A DNA stretch of 61,901 nt, the filler included, from Sandaracinaceae bacterium (GTDB lineage Bacteria > Myxococcota_A > Polyangia > Polyangiales > JADJQN01): the NCBI GenBank assembly GCA_947483975.1. It is 13 parts of 13 records of this genome, joined end to end, with 100 filler letters (N's around TTAATTAATTAA, not from the genome) between each part and the next. Parts side by side here need not be neighbours in the genome. Positions count along the whole stretch, not along the records: positions 9,684 to 14,404 come from CANKOL010000397.1; positions 14,505 to 19,221 come from CANKOL010000398.1; positions 19,322 to 24,032 come from CANKOL010000399.1; 10 more parts are not named here. One strand, given 5' to 3'. The notes beneath the pieces are model-generated. The model searched no databases. It was not told the origin of the DNA and saw nothing but the letters and a program-made list of their open reading frames with translations. Below, piece after piece: positions 11,154 through 20,349 of the stretch. Positions within the stretch are counted from its first letter, which is position 1. The number at the start of each line of letters is the position of its first letter. The translations under genes were made by a program, and so were the position numbers.

Positions 11154-12731
11154 TCAGACCGCGCCGAGGTAGATGCGCAGCGTCTCCGCGGCGGCCTTCT
11201 TGTCGAAGGGCGTAGCGGCGAGCTCCGCGCGGCGCGAGAGCTCGGCGAAGAGCTGCTCGAGGTGCGCGTGCAAGCCGAGGCTCTCGCGCGTCGCCTCGCG
11301 CATACGCTCGGGGGCGAGCAGGTCGACGTCGCGCAGCACCTGCAAGGACGCGAGGAACGGGGCGAGGCGCTCGTAGTCGCTGAGCCGCACGAGCTGATAG
11401 CCGATCGCGCGAAAGTGCCCGAGGAACTCCCGCACGAATTGGAAGCTGCCCGCGCCCGCCCACTGATCCGTCGTGCCCGTGACGGCGCCCGCCTTCGCGT
11501 TGAAGGCGCGCAAGATCTGCCCGAACATCCACACCTCGCGCCGGAGCCGCTCGCCCGCCGCGCGGCGGCCGGGCGCGTCGGTCGCGAGCTCGGGGAGCGG
11601 CGCGCCGGGGCGAAGCTCGGCGCAGAGCAGGTGCACCGAGTGGTGCAGCGCCGCGCGCAATTGCGCCGCGACGATGACGAGCTTCGGCGCGAGGTCCGCG
11701 TCGGAGATCTCCGCGTCGGGCGCCGGCAGATCGCGCTCGAACGCCTTGCGCACCTCGACCCGCAGCGCGCCGCCGACCGAGTCGAGCACGTCGCGCAGCC
11801 CGATCAGCGCGCGCGCCTGCGCCGCGAGCGCGTCCCCGTGCGCGGCGACGTCGACCGCGCGCACGGCGAGCAATTCTTGCTCGAGCCCATCGGCCATGAC
11901 GTCTGCGGCGCGGCGCGAGAGAAAGCGCGTCAGCGCGCGCAGATCGCTGCGCAGCACGGCGAGCACGATGTAAGCGCGCCGCACAGCGTCGCGATCGGCC
12001 GCGTACTCGTCGATCAGGGCGACGTAGCGGAGCGCGCGAAAGAGCGCGAGGAAGGTCAGCGCGGTGACGCGATGCGCCGCCTCGCTCTTGACGACGTGCA
12101 GCGCGTCGAGGACCTCGGGGCTGCGTAGCCGGTCGAATTCGGGGCGAAACTCGAGGGCGACGAGGGGATTGAAGTAGGTGTTGCGCCCGACCTCGCGCGT
12201 GACCGTGCTGTGCAGCGCGTGGAACATCCGATGCGGGATGCGCCCGACGCGCAGCAAGCCGTCGGCGAGATCGACGTAGCTCGTGAACGCGTTGCGGAGG
12301 AGAAAGAGCGCCTCCTCCGGCGTGTCCTGCGAGAGCTGCTCTTTGACTAGCTCGCTGCGCGCGGCGTCCTCCGGGAGGACGCTCTCGAGGTAGCGCGAGA
12401 ACGTGTACGCGCGGTCCTTCTGCCCGAGCAGCTGCCGAAAGAGCACGCCGCAGCGATCGAGCGCGTCCCGCATGATGCGCAGCGCGGCCTGAAAATCGTG
12501 GGCGACGGCGAGCGGGCGCTTGGCGGGCCCGGGGTGATTGCGCGGATTGCCGAAGCAGACGAGGCCCTTCAGCAGCATCTCGAGCTCGAAGAGCGTCTCT
12601 TCCTTGCGCTCCCAGGGCAGCGCGCCGAACCAGACCTCGCGCGCGCTCGCCTGATCGCGCTGCAGCATGCGCGTGTCGCGCAGCAGGTTCGCGTAGACGT
12701 CGCGCTCCGGAGCGTTCGTCGGGCGGAGCAT
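11154..12731 (-). CDS. hypothetical all-alpha protein, 525 aa
   Basis: Long ORF with natural composition and codon bias; TAGACT 10 nt upstream of ATG; no family motif recognised. Confidence 0.8.
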   Translation of the reverse strand: MLRPTNAPERDVYANLLRDTRMLQRDQASAREVWFGALPWERKEETLFELEMLLKGLVCFGNPRNHPGPAKRPLAVAHDFQAALRIMRDALDRCGVLFRQLLGQKDRAYTFSRYLESVLPEDAARSELVKEQLSQDTPEEALFLLRNAFTSYVDLADGLLRVGRIPHRMFHALHSTVTREVGRNTYFNPLVALEFRPEFDRLRSPEVLDALHVVKSEAAHRVTALTFLALFRALRYVALIDEYAADRDAVRRAYIVLAVLRSDLRALTRFLSRRAADVMADGLEQELLAVRAVDVAAHGDALAAQARALIGLRDVLDSVGGALRVEVRKAFERDLPAPDAEISDADLAPKLVIVAAQLRAALHHSVHLLCAELRPGAPLPELATDAPGRRAAGERLRREVWMFGQILRAFNAKAGAVTGTTDQWAGAGSFQFVREFLGHFRAIGYQLVRLSDYERLAPFLASLQVLRDVDLLAPERMREATRESLGLHAHLEQLFAELSRRAELAATPFDKKAAAETLRIYLGAV

Positions 12732-12780
12732 GGAGCGCCCGAGTCTACGCCGAGCGCCGTGAGAGTCGATGGTCCAACGC

Positions 12781-14067
12781 TCAGCGAGGCTCGATGACGG
12801 ACGGCGCGGTGCCGAGCGCGCGGTCGATCGCCGCGGTGAACACCTCGAGCGGCTGTGCGCCCTGCGTCAGGTGCCCATTGATGAAGAACGCCGGAGTGCC
12901 GATCTGCGCGCCCGACGCGACGACGGCGTCCATGTCCGCCTGCACCTCGGCGCGATGCAGCCCGCCGTCGAGCGCTGCGCGGAAGCGAGGCAGATCGATG
13001 CCGCCGAGTTCCGTCGCGTAGCGCTCGAGGTCGGCGCGCGCGAGCGCCTGCTGATGGGCCATCAGCACGGCGTGATAGCGCCAGAACGCGGCGACCCCGA
13101 GCTGCGCGCGCACCTCTCGCGCGGCCTCCGCGGCGGGTCGCGCGTGATCGTGAAACGGCAGCGGATAGTCGCGCCAGACGAACGTCACGCGGTCGCCATA
13201 GCGCGCGAGGAGCGCGTCCATGGTGGGCTCGACGCGGCCGCAGAACGGGCACTGAAAGTCAGAGAATTGCTGCACGACGACCCGACCGTGAGCCGCGCCG
13301 CGGGTCGGCGCGCCCGGCGGGACGGCGAGCGCGTAGACGTGCTCGGGCTCAGGCGTCTCCTCGGCCTGACGGCGCTCCTCGGCGCGGGCGAGCCCGTCCC
13401 GCGTCAGCGCCGCATAGACGCGCGCCCGCGGGGTGCCGGCGTCGACGAGCGCCTTCGCGCGCCGCAATTCGTCGCCCACGAGATCGCTGAAGACGCTGTA
13501 GTCCTGCGCGCCCATCAGCGGGCGGCCGTTGATCATGAAGCCCGGCGTGCCGTCGACGTGAAAGAGCTGCGCGAGCGTCTGATCGGACTCGAGCTCCGCC
13601 GTGTGGAGGCCCGCGTTGAGCGCGCGCTGAAAACGCCTGAGGTCGAGGTGCTGCGCGGTCGCGTAGCGCTCGAGGTCCGCGCGGGCGAGCGCCCGTTGGT
13701 TCGCGAAGAGCACGTCGTGCATACGCCAGAAGGCAGCGTCGCCACCTTGCGCGAACGCCTCGAGCGCGGCCTGCGCGGCGAGGCGCGCGTGGTCGTGAAA
13801 CGCCAACGGCAGGTTGCGGAAGACGACGCGCACATCGGCCGGGTGGGCGGCGACGAGCCGGGCGAGCGTGGGCTGCACGTGCGAGCAGAACGGACACTCG
13901 AAGTCGTTGAAGACGACGATCGTGACGAGCGCGTCCTCGGGCCCGCGGCTCGGCTCGTGGCGCGTCACCGGGATGCGGTAGCGGACGGGCGTGTCCTGCG
14001 CAGACGCAGAGAAGCCCGGGAGCAGGACGAGGAGCGCGAGGGTGGCGAGCGCGGCGGGGCGGGTCAC
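12781..14067 (-). CDS. secreted tandem DsbA/thioredoxin-fold protein
   Basis: Signal peptide (LALLVLLPGFSASA-Q). Two domains with DFECPFC and DFQCPFC and GTP cis-Pro loops. GTG start chosen at 14067. Confidence 0.88.
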   Translation of the reverse strand: MTRPAALATLALLVLLPGFSASAQDTPVRYRIPVTRHEPSRGPEDALVTIVVFNDFECPFCSHVQPTLARLVAAHPADVRVVFRNLPLAFHDHARLAAQAALEAFAQGGDAAFWRMHDVLFANQRALARADLERYATAQHLDLRRFQRALNAGLHTAELESDQTLAQLFHVDGTPGFMINGRPLMGAQDYSVFSDLVGDELRRAKALVDAGTPRARVYAALTRDGLARAEERRQAEETPEPEHVYALAVPPGAPTRGAAHGRVVVQQFSDFQCPFCGRVEPTMDALLARYGDRVTFVWRDYPLPFHDHARPAAEAAREVRAQLGVAAFWRYHAVLMAHQQALARADLERYATELGGIDLPRFRAALDGGLHRAEVQADMDAVVASGAQIGTPAFFINGHLTQGAQPLEVFTAAIDRALGTAPSVIEPR

Positions 14068-14119
14068 CGCGCGAGCGTAGCAGTCGGCCCCGCTCGTGTG
14101 TCGGCGGGTCGGGAGGCTC

Positions 14120-14135
14120 CGGCACGCGAGTTGCT
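14120..14135 (+). promoter_or_regulatory. sigma54 (-24/-12) promoter
   Basis: CGGCACG-CGAG-TTGCT matches TGGCACG-N4-TTGCW; 13 nt before ATG 14149. Confidence 0.65.
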
Positions 14136-14148
14136 CAGTCGTCGGCTG

Positions 14149-14404
14149 ATGCAGACGTCGAGACACGCAGAATCGGCCGCAGCAAGCGCAGACGGCAGCC
14201 AACGGACCGACGCGCGCGCGGGCGCGACGTCCAGCGAGCGGACGGCAACGGGTCACCGCGTCGCGGTCGCTGCGGGCTCGAGACCGCAAGGGGCGCTCCT
14301 CGCGCTCGCGCTGGGAGTGCTGTTCAGCGCCGCCTGCGACGGCGCGCTCGTCAGCGAGCCTGGGCGCGACGTGAGCTTCGACGCGCGCGACGGGCAGGCC
14401 GACG
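14149..14404 (+). CDS. putative lipoprotein, 3' partial
   Basis: Hydrophobic stretch plus lipobox-like FSAAC; cut by the linker. Confidence 0.5.
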
Positions 14405-14504
14405 NNNNNNNNNNNNNNNNNNNNNNNNNNNNNNNNNNNNNNNNNNNNTTAATTAATTAANNNNNNNNNNNNNNNNNNNNNNNNNNNNNNNNNNNNNNNN
14501 NNNN
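14405..14504. other. artificial contig linker
   Basis: N44-TTAATTAATTAA-N44. Confidence 0.99.
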
Positions 14505-14626
14505 GCGCACCCCGCAGCTCCAAAAATCGACATCATCCCCCGCAACTTGGCTGCCGAGCCTCCGAGAAGGGGAGCGCTCTCTCGGCACAGGGCTGAGAGC
14601 AGCAACCCCAGAAGGAGATCACGACG

Positions 14627-15262
14627 ATGCCTACCTCGACGCTCAATACGAACCCGACCACGAACCTCACGTCCCCTGCCGGCAGCCCCGGCGCGCTCGC
14701 CCCGGAGCTGCATCAGCGCTTCGAGAAGGGGTACGCGGTGCACAAGGAGGAGATCGCGGCGGTGCCGGACTCGGCGCTGCTCGCCATCAACCTCGACATC
14801 CCCTCGCTCATCAACACGGTGACGGGCGCCTATCACAACCTCATCATCCTGCGGCCGCGGATCGTGACGCTCGCGGAGTTCGACATCGCGCGCATCGACG
14901 CGCTCGCGACGCTGCCGTTCGCGCTCGGGTTCGTGCACACGCGGTACGAGATCGCGACGGCGCCGCCTGCGCCGCTGACGGCGCTCGCGACTCGGGTCAT
15001 CGAGGGGCGCGACGTCTTGCTCGCGGGGCTCCGCATGCTCGAGCGGCGCAAGTTCGTCGACGCCTCCGTGTTCGACGCGCTGCACGGCGGGCAGAGCTAC
15101 CGCACCGCGGCGCTCGAGGCGCTCAAGGCCGCGCACCACCTGCGCGCGCTCCCGACCGAGACGCTCGCGCGCTCGGGCCTCACGCTCGCCGAGATCGACG
15201 AAGCGACCTCGCTCGCCGGCGACCTCACCAACGAGCTCGGCGCGCGTGACCTCGCGGCACGT
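14627..15262 (+). pseudogene. hypothetical helical protein, apparently truncated near 15260 (ORF reads through to 15844)
   Basis: Strong RBS AAGGAG at 14612. About 210 codons look coding, then the frame becomes Arg-rich shadow of the overlapping nuclease frame. Confidence 0.6.
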
Positions 15263-15707
15263 AGTCCAGACCGAGGTCAGGTTCGACATGCCGATCGTCG
15301 ATCCCGACACCGGCGAAACCATGGCGAGGCCGTGCATGGGCTACTTCGATCTCGAGCTGCACGACGGCACGATCATCGAGCTGAAGACCGCTGCGAAGTC
15401 GTACTCACCAACCGACCTCCGCGTGAACTTGCAGTTCGCGTGCTACCGCACGGCGGCGAGGTACTTCGGCGACATCAACGTGGACGTGCTCGCGCTGATC
15501 AAAACCAAAGTGCCGAAGGTGCAGCACGTCGAGCTGCACCCCGATCGCGCCGTCGCGACGTGGTTCATGCGAGCGGCGGCAGCCATCGAGCGCGGCATCG
15601 CGGCGGGGGTCTTCCCGCCGTCGCCTGGCCCGATGTGCGGCAGCTGCGAGTACGGACAAGCGTGCCTCGGCGTCGAGGCTGGAGACGTCGATGCCGAGGC
15701 GGCGTGA
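15246..15707 (+). pseudogene. PD-(D/E)XK nuclease (RecB/AddB/Cas4-like), N-terminally truncated
   Basis: TEVRF, GYFDL, IELKT, QFACY and C-terminal CGSCEYGQAC (CxxCx5C). The N-terminal first Cys region is missing. Confidence 0.8.
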
Positions 15708-15900
15708 GCTCCGGCGACGACGCCTGCACCGCACGTCGTTCTTCGACCTCGACGGCGACGTCTACCTCGTCACGGACCGAGACACCGACGGCCTCGAGGC
15801 AGTACGGTTGGGAGCAAGCGACGCCGAGATCGTTCGCCGGATGAGGGACGGCAACGAGATCGAGATGGAGAGCGCGGTGCTCGCCAGGCGGCGGTCGTAG
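15691..15900 (+). CDS. small hypothetical protein
   Basis: 69-aa ORF overlapping the nuclease stop; coding-like central region (FFDLDGDVYLVTD). Confidence 0.45.
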   Translation: MPRRRELRRRRLHRTSFFDLDGDVYLVTDRDTDGLEAVRLGASDAEIVRRMRDGNEIEMESAVLARRRS

Positions 15901-16089
15901 CCGGGTCGGTTCGAGGTTGTACCGGGCGCTGCTGCTTCTCGCGGCGGTGCTTCTTCAACGCGTAGGTGCTGGGCGAGGTCGAGATGGGCTGCGTCAGTCC
16001 TGACGTCCGTCTGTCGTCCCTCGCCCGGCACCTCGCGTGTTCGTCCACCGATTGACCACCGCCCGCCTTGCGGGCCGAGGAGGATTTCC

Positions 16090-17229
16090 ATGCAGAAGGT
16101 GTTCATGTTCTTGTTCTCAGGCGTGCTCGTCGCTTGCGGAGGCGAGAGCACTCAGCCCGCGCCGGCCACATCCCCGGCGACGCAGCCTGCGGTCGCAGCC
16201 CCTGCGCCGGCTCCGGTCCCGGCTCTTCAGGCGAAGCCAGTCGAGGCTCCGCCACCGCCGGAGCCAGCGGACGAGGCTCGTGCTGCGCTCGATGCCGGTC
16301 GCTACGACGACGTCTGCACGTCCCTCGTGGCGGACGGATTCTCCGCGGACGTCTGCAAGTGGATCGCAGCGACGGCACGAGCGGACCGCAACCGCTCCCT
16401 CACCACGACCCAGCTCGAGCATTTTCTTCGAGCGCAGCACGTCCGCCGCGTGAGCGGCAGCATCGTCGCGGTGCTCAACGCCAACGACAACACCTACGAG
16501 GTGCGCGTCGGGGGACGTCCGGCCGTGCTCGATGCCGGCGAGACTATCTACGAGACGACCGGGGGCTTTTCGATGTGGGCGCAGCAGGGCCCGCCCGAGG
16601 ACGTTCTCATGGAGAGCGGGGACACCGTGAGCGTGCGGGTCTACACGGCGTGGCCGCTGTACCAGTCCATCTACGACCTCGCCCGCAACCGGGACTCCAG
16701 CAATGCGGACGAGGCGAAGCTGCTGCTCGGGCACCTGCTCGACCTGTGGAACGTCTCCTACCGCTACGTCGATCCCGACGCACCGGACCCCGGGGTCGTG
16801 GCCCCGATGGCCGAGGTTGCGATCCCCGAGCTGCGGGCGCTGCTCCCGGCGACTTCAGATGACTCCGCCGTCTCGCCGGAGCTCGGCCAAGTCGTGAACT
16901 ACCTCAACGAGCATGCCCTTCGGTATGAGCAGCTCTCGGAGTTTCCGAGGACGGGGATCGCTGCGCTCCGGGCAGACCCCGAGCTGCGCGGGCAAGGCTG
17001 GGTCGGGTCGGGCCCCGCGACCCGCATCTTCACGGGCGCGAACCCTCCCGCGATCTTGATCGTGCGGAACAACATCTGCACGTACGCGATCGTGCCCAAC
17101 GCCGCGAACCTGACCCAGTACACGAACGTGAGCTTCGCCGGCGTCGCGACGCAGATCTACGCCTGGCGGGACGAAGGCGGGAACCGGCACCCCTGCATGG
17201 TCGCCGTCGGGTACCTCCGCGGGCGCTGA
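16090..17229 (+). CDS. hypothetical lipoprotein, 379 aa
   Basis: RBS GAGGAGG; lipobox LVAC; Pro/Ala linker followed by globular domains. Confidence 0.8.
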   Translation: MQKVFMFLFSGVLVACGGESTQPAPATSPATQPAVAAPAPAPVPALQAKPVEAPPPPEPADEARAALDAGRYDDVCTSLVADGFSADVCKWIAATARADRNRSLTTTQLEHFLRAQHVRRVSGSIVAVLNANDNTYEVRVGGRPAVLDAGETIYETTGGFSMWAQQGPPEDVLMESGDTVSVRVYTAWPLYQSIYDLARNRDSSNADEAKLLLGHLLDLWNVSYRYVDPDAPDPGVVAPMAEVAIPELRALLPATSDDSAVSPELGQVVNYLNEHALRYEQLSEFPRTGIAALRADPELRGQGWVGSGPATRIFTGANPPAILIVRNNICTYAIVPNAANLTQYTNVSFAGVATQIYAWRDEGGNRHPCMVAVGYLRGR

Positions 17230-17231
17230 CG

Positions 17232-17342
17232 TCAGACGTCCTTCAGCAAGGTCGAGAGGGTCACCCCGTACGCCTCGGCGAGCTTCGCCAAGGTGCCCAA
17301 CCTGGGGTCCAAGGTGCCCCTCTCGATCTTTTGCAAGTGCAT
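17232..17342 (-). pseudogene. XRE/Cro-C1 HTH regulator remnant (C-terminal half)
   Basis: Translates as MHLQKIERGTLDPRLGTLAKLAEAYGVTLSTLLKDV*. In-frame TGA two codons upstream. Not in the ORF track. Confidence 0.75.
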
Positions 17343-17715
17343 GCGTCAGTTCGTCGTGGTTGATGACGTCCCCGACGGCATGCCCTTGCGCTTCCCACGC
17401 CCCCCGGCAACGGTCGCTCGAGCGACCCTGGATATCCTGGCTGCAGTGGAAGTGCTTCTTCAGCGTAGAGATCCGTCATTGCGACACGCCCGAAAGATGA
17501 AGTAGGCTCGATCCAACATGCTCCGGGCTCTCGGGAGCCTTCCACATACGTTCACCTCGGGCGCGAGGTGAACACGGGGGTCGCCGGCGCAGTGGCGGCG
17601 GTTACTGGCCCGCGACCTCGGCGCAGAAGTAGCCGACGTAAACAGTGACTTCTTTGCCCCGACGGGGGTGTTCACCGAGACGACCACGGCGCGTGGCAGG
17701 AGAGATCAACCCTCG

Positions 17716-18567
17716 ATGAGCATCTACCTCGGGCATGAGTTCACTAGTGGTAAGTGCTCGCGCTGCGGAGCAGCCGAGACGAGCGTGCGTGAGTACAGGA
17801 CCTCGTGCGCGAAGGCACCGCCTGTCGGAACGCCGTCCGAAGTGGCGACCATCCAGACGCCTGAAACGATGAACGTGGCATCGCCGACGCTGGATGGTGC
17901 GTCGCACGGTTCGTCTCCGTCCAAGACAACCCGAGCGTGTCCTTACTGCGCAGAGGATGTCCTCGTAGCTGCCAAGCTCTGCAAGCACTGCAAGAGCCCC
18001 CTCGAACCGACCGCGGAGATCAGCTTGCCGGCGTCCGCAGCAGCTGCGGCGGACAACCGGCCAGGCCCGCGTCCTGAAGTCAGTTTGCCCAATGCGAATA
18101 CCGGCGAGACGGGTGTTGTCCGTGGGTCAGGTGGCATATCTCGATTGCTGGTCATTCTGGCGGTTCTTCTGCTGTGTGGCCTCGCCGTGTGGCTCGGTGG
18201 GAGGCTGTTGCTCAATCCTGCAGCAGCGACCTGCGCGACGGTCAATCTGGTGCCTCTGTTCCCCGGCTTCGCTCTCCGCGCAGTCGATTGCTCGGATGGT
18301 CACAACAGAAACGTTGTCTGCGATCCCGTCGGGGGAACCATGTACGCCTGCTCGTGTGCGATTGACGATCGCATGCTGGGCTCTGATGTGGCCTTCGACC
18401 GGTCCAACTTGGCAAGCGGCTCAACGTCTTCGGGTGGAACGGAGCAAGCGCGTGAGAACGAGTGGCTGATGAGGGTCAGACAGGTGATTGGCGGCGGCCT
18501 GCACTGGAGCGATAGCGGTGGCTCGATTTGCTCGAGCTATGCTGAGATGCAGATCGAAACGGAATGA
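17716..18567 (+). CDS. zinc-ribbon membrane protein
   Basis: CSRC motif, CPYC..CKHC zinc ribbon, one TM helix, Cys-rich C-terminus. Visibly lower GC than the flanks. Confidence 0.7.
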   Translation: MSIYLGHEFTSGKCSRCGAAETSVREYRTSCAKAPPVGTPSEVATIQTPETMNVASPTLDGASHGSSPSKTTRACPYCAEDVLVAAKLCKHCKSPLEPTAEISLPASAAAAADNRPGPRPEVSLPNANTGETGVVRGSGGISRLLVILAVLLLCGLAVWLGGRLLLNPAAATCATVNLVPLFPGFALRAVDCSDGHNRNVVCDPVGGTMYACSCAIDDRMLGSDVAFDRSNLASGSTSSGGTEQARENEWLMRVRQVIGGGLHWSDSGGSICSSYAEMQIETE

Positions 18568-18634
18568 GCTCTGTGAGGACTTCAGCCGGACTCCAAGCTC
18601 GGCGGTATTCGGCGAAGCGGCACTGTCGGCAGCC

Positions 18635-18844
18635 GGGGAAGGCATGCTGACCTTCGCCGCGACCCCGTGGTGCAACCTGACGATCGACGGCGCAGCCGTC
18701 GGTGCGACTCCGATCGTGAACATGCACTTGCCGGCGGGGCGGCACCTGGCCGTCTGCGAGAACCCCGAGCTGCACGTCACGAGGACGGTCGTCGTCGAGA
18801 TACTGGCCGGCGAGACGAGCCGCCAGCGGATCTCGCTGCAGTGA
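18635..18844 (+). pseudogene. orphan PEGA-like domain (C-terminal remnant of a larger protein)
   Basis: GMLTFAATPWCNLTIDG..GATPI..LPAGRH..ENPEL..VEILAGE, the pattern typical of myxobacterial Ser/Thr kinase C-termini. No upstream kinase domain. Confidence 0.65.
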
Positions 18845-19221
18845 TGCAGGCGGGCACGACGACGATCACGACGCCCGTCTCGAGGGCCGCGTCCCCAGAT
18901 CCATGAGGCTCACGATCGGCATCGTGCCCACGAAGTAGATCTCCGCGACGTCTGAGAGCGTGCCCGCGATGTTCGAGGTCGCGAGCTCGAGGGGCGACGA
19001 CTACGAGTGTCCGTGGTCGAGCGGCCCCGTGGGATGCACGCCCTCGATCTCACCGCCGCCAGCAACCCCGTCGAGGTTGCGGGTCATGGCTTCGGCTGCC
19101 AGCCCCTCGTGCAGGATCGGCTCCTAGCGGACGAAATATGACCGCCTCTCCGAGCCGGCCCTGAGCGGCCGAGACGTCGCCGAGCCTGCCTGGCGCGAAG
19201 TGGGGCATCCGCCCCAGCTCC

Positions 19222-19321
19222 NNNNNNNNNNNNNNNNNNNNNNNNNNNNNNNNNNNNNNNNNNNNTTAATTAATTAANNNNNNNNNNNNNNNNNNNNNNN
19301 NNNNNNNNNNNNNNNNNNNNN
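19222..19321. other. artificial contig linker
   Basis: N44-TTAATTAATTAA-N44. Confidence 0.99.
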
Positions 19322-19506
19322 CGAGGGGCGGGGGCGAGGGGGCATGCGGCTGCGCTGTGCACGGCGGGTGCCGGACGCGGCGCGCGTGATCTCGCGGGGT
19401 TACGAGCCCCGCTTGGCGGAATCGCCGGCGCCCGCCGCCAGCCCGTCGGCGGAGGCCCCCGTCGCGGTCCCGCCATCTCGCGGGCGCGCTGTGCTACAAA
19501 CGGCGC

Positions 19507-20349
19507 ATGAAACCGGGCTCGCGCGAGGCCTCGGTCGCTGCGCCGACTCCGGTGAATGAACCGGACTCCGCCGCGTCGAATGGCTCGGAGGACGGCACCG
19601 GTGGCCTCGCGGAAGAACAATTGTCGGCAGAGGCAGGCAGCGACGCGCTCGTGGAGGGCGCCGATCTGCCGGTCGAGTCGCCCGACGCACCTCCGCTCCG
19701 CGGCGCGCGAGCGCTCGCGCTCAGCCCCGACCGTGAGGCGGACCGCGAGATCGACCGGCAGCTCGTCGACCGCGCGCAGCGGGGCGATCAGGCGGCCTTT
19801 CGCAAGCTCTTCGACCGCTACCAGCGGCGCGCCTTCGCCGTCGCGCTCGGCGTCGTCAAGAACCCGCAGGACGCGCACGACGTCGTGCAAGAGGCGTTCA
19901 TCAAGGTGCATCGGCACCTCGGCAGCTTTCAGGGGACCTCGAGCTTCTACACCTGGCTCTATCGGATCCTCATGAACCTCGCCATCGACCACGTCCGCAA
20001 GCACAAGAACCGCGAGGTCGCGTTCGACGACGGCGTCGGTCGCGAGGCCTCCGAGGTCGACGGCGACGGTGGGATGCTGCCGCGCATCCTCGACGGCAAC
20101 CCCGGGCGCAACGCCGCGCGCAAGGAGCTCGCCGGGAAGCTGCAGGCGGCCCTCGCGGAGCTCCCCGAGTACCACCGCGCCGTGATCGTGCTGCGCGAGC
20201 TGGAGGGGCTCTCCTACGAGGAGATGTCGAAGATCCTCCAGGTGCCGAAGGGCACGATCATGAGCCGGCTCTTTCACGCCCGCCGCAAGATGCAGGCGTT
20301 GCTCGAGTCGTACATCGACGGTGACCCCGGGATCGGGGACGACGGATGA
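19507..20349 (+). CDS. ECF sigma factor (RpoE-like)
   Basis: Region 2 DAHDVVQEAFIK..SSFYTWLYRI and region 4 LSYEEMS..PKGTIMSRLFHAR. Start uncertain. Confidence 0.93.
   Translation: MKPGSREASVAAPTPVNEPDSAASNGSEDGTGGLAEEQLSAEAGSDALVEGADLPVESPDAPPLRGARALALSPDREADREIDRQLVDRAQRGDQAAFRKLFDRYQRRAFAVALGVVKNPQDAHDVVQEAFIKVHRHLGSFQGTSSFYTWLYRILMNLAIDHVRKHKNREVAFDDGVGREASEVDGDGGMLPRILDGNPGRNAARKELAGKLQAALAELPEYHRAVIVLRELEGLSYEEMSKILQVPKGTIMSRLFHARRKMQALLESYIDGDPGIGDDG

Noticed and set aside
12781..14067. Tandem DsbA domains as a novelty
   Set aside because: Multi-domain DsbA proteins are commonplace in myxobacteria; listed as a feature only.
15246..15707. CRISPR-Cas system implied by a Cas4-like gene
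   Set aside because: No cas1/cas2 or repeat-spacer array in the window; the nuclease is truncated, and such domains are common in phages.
14627..15844. A single intact 405-aa protein
   Set aside because: Beyond about residue 210 the frame is Arg-rich nonsense while another frame carries clear nuclease motifs.
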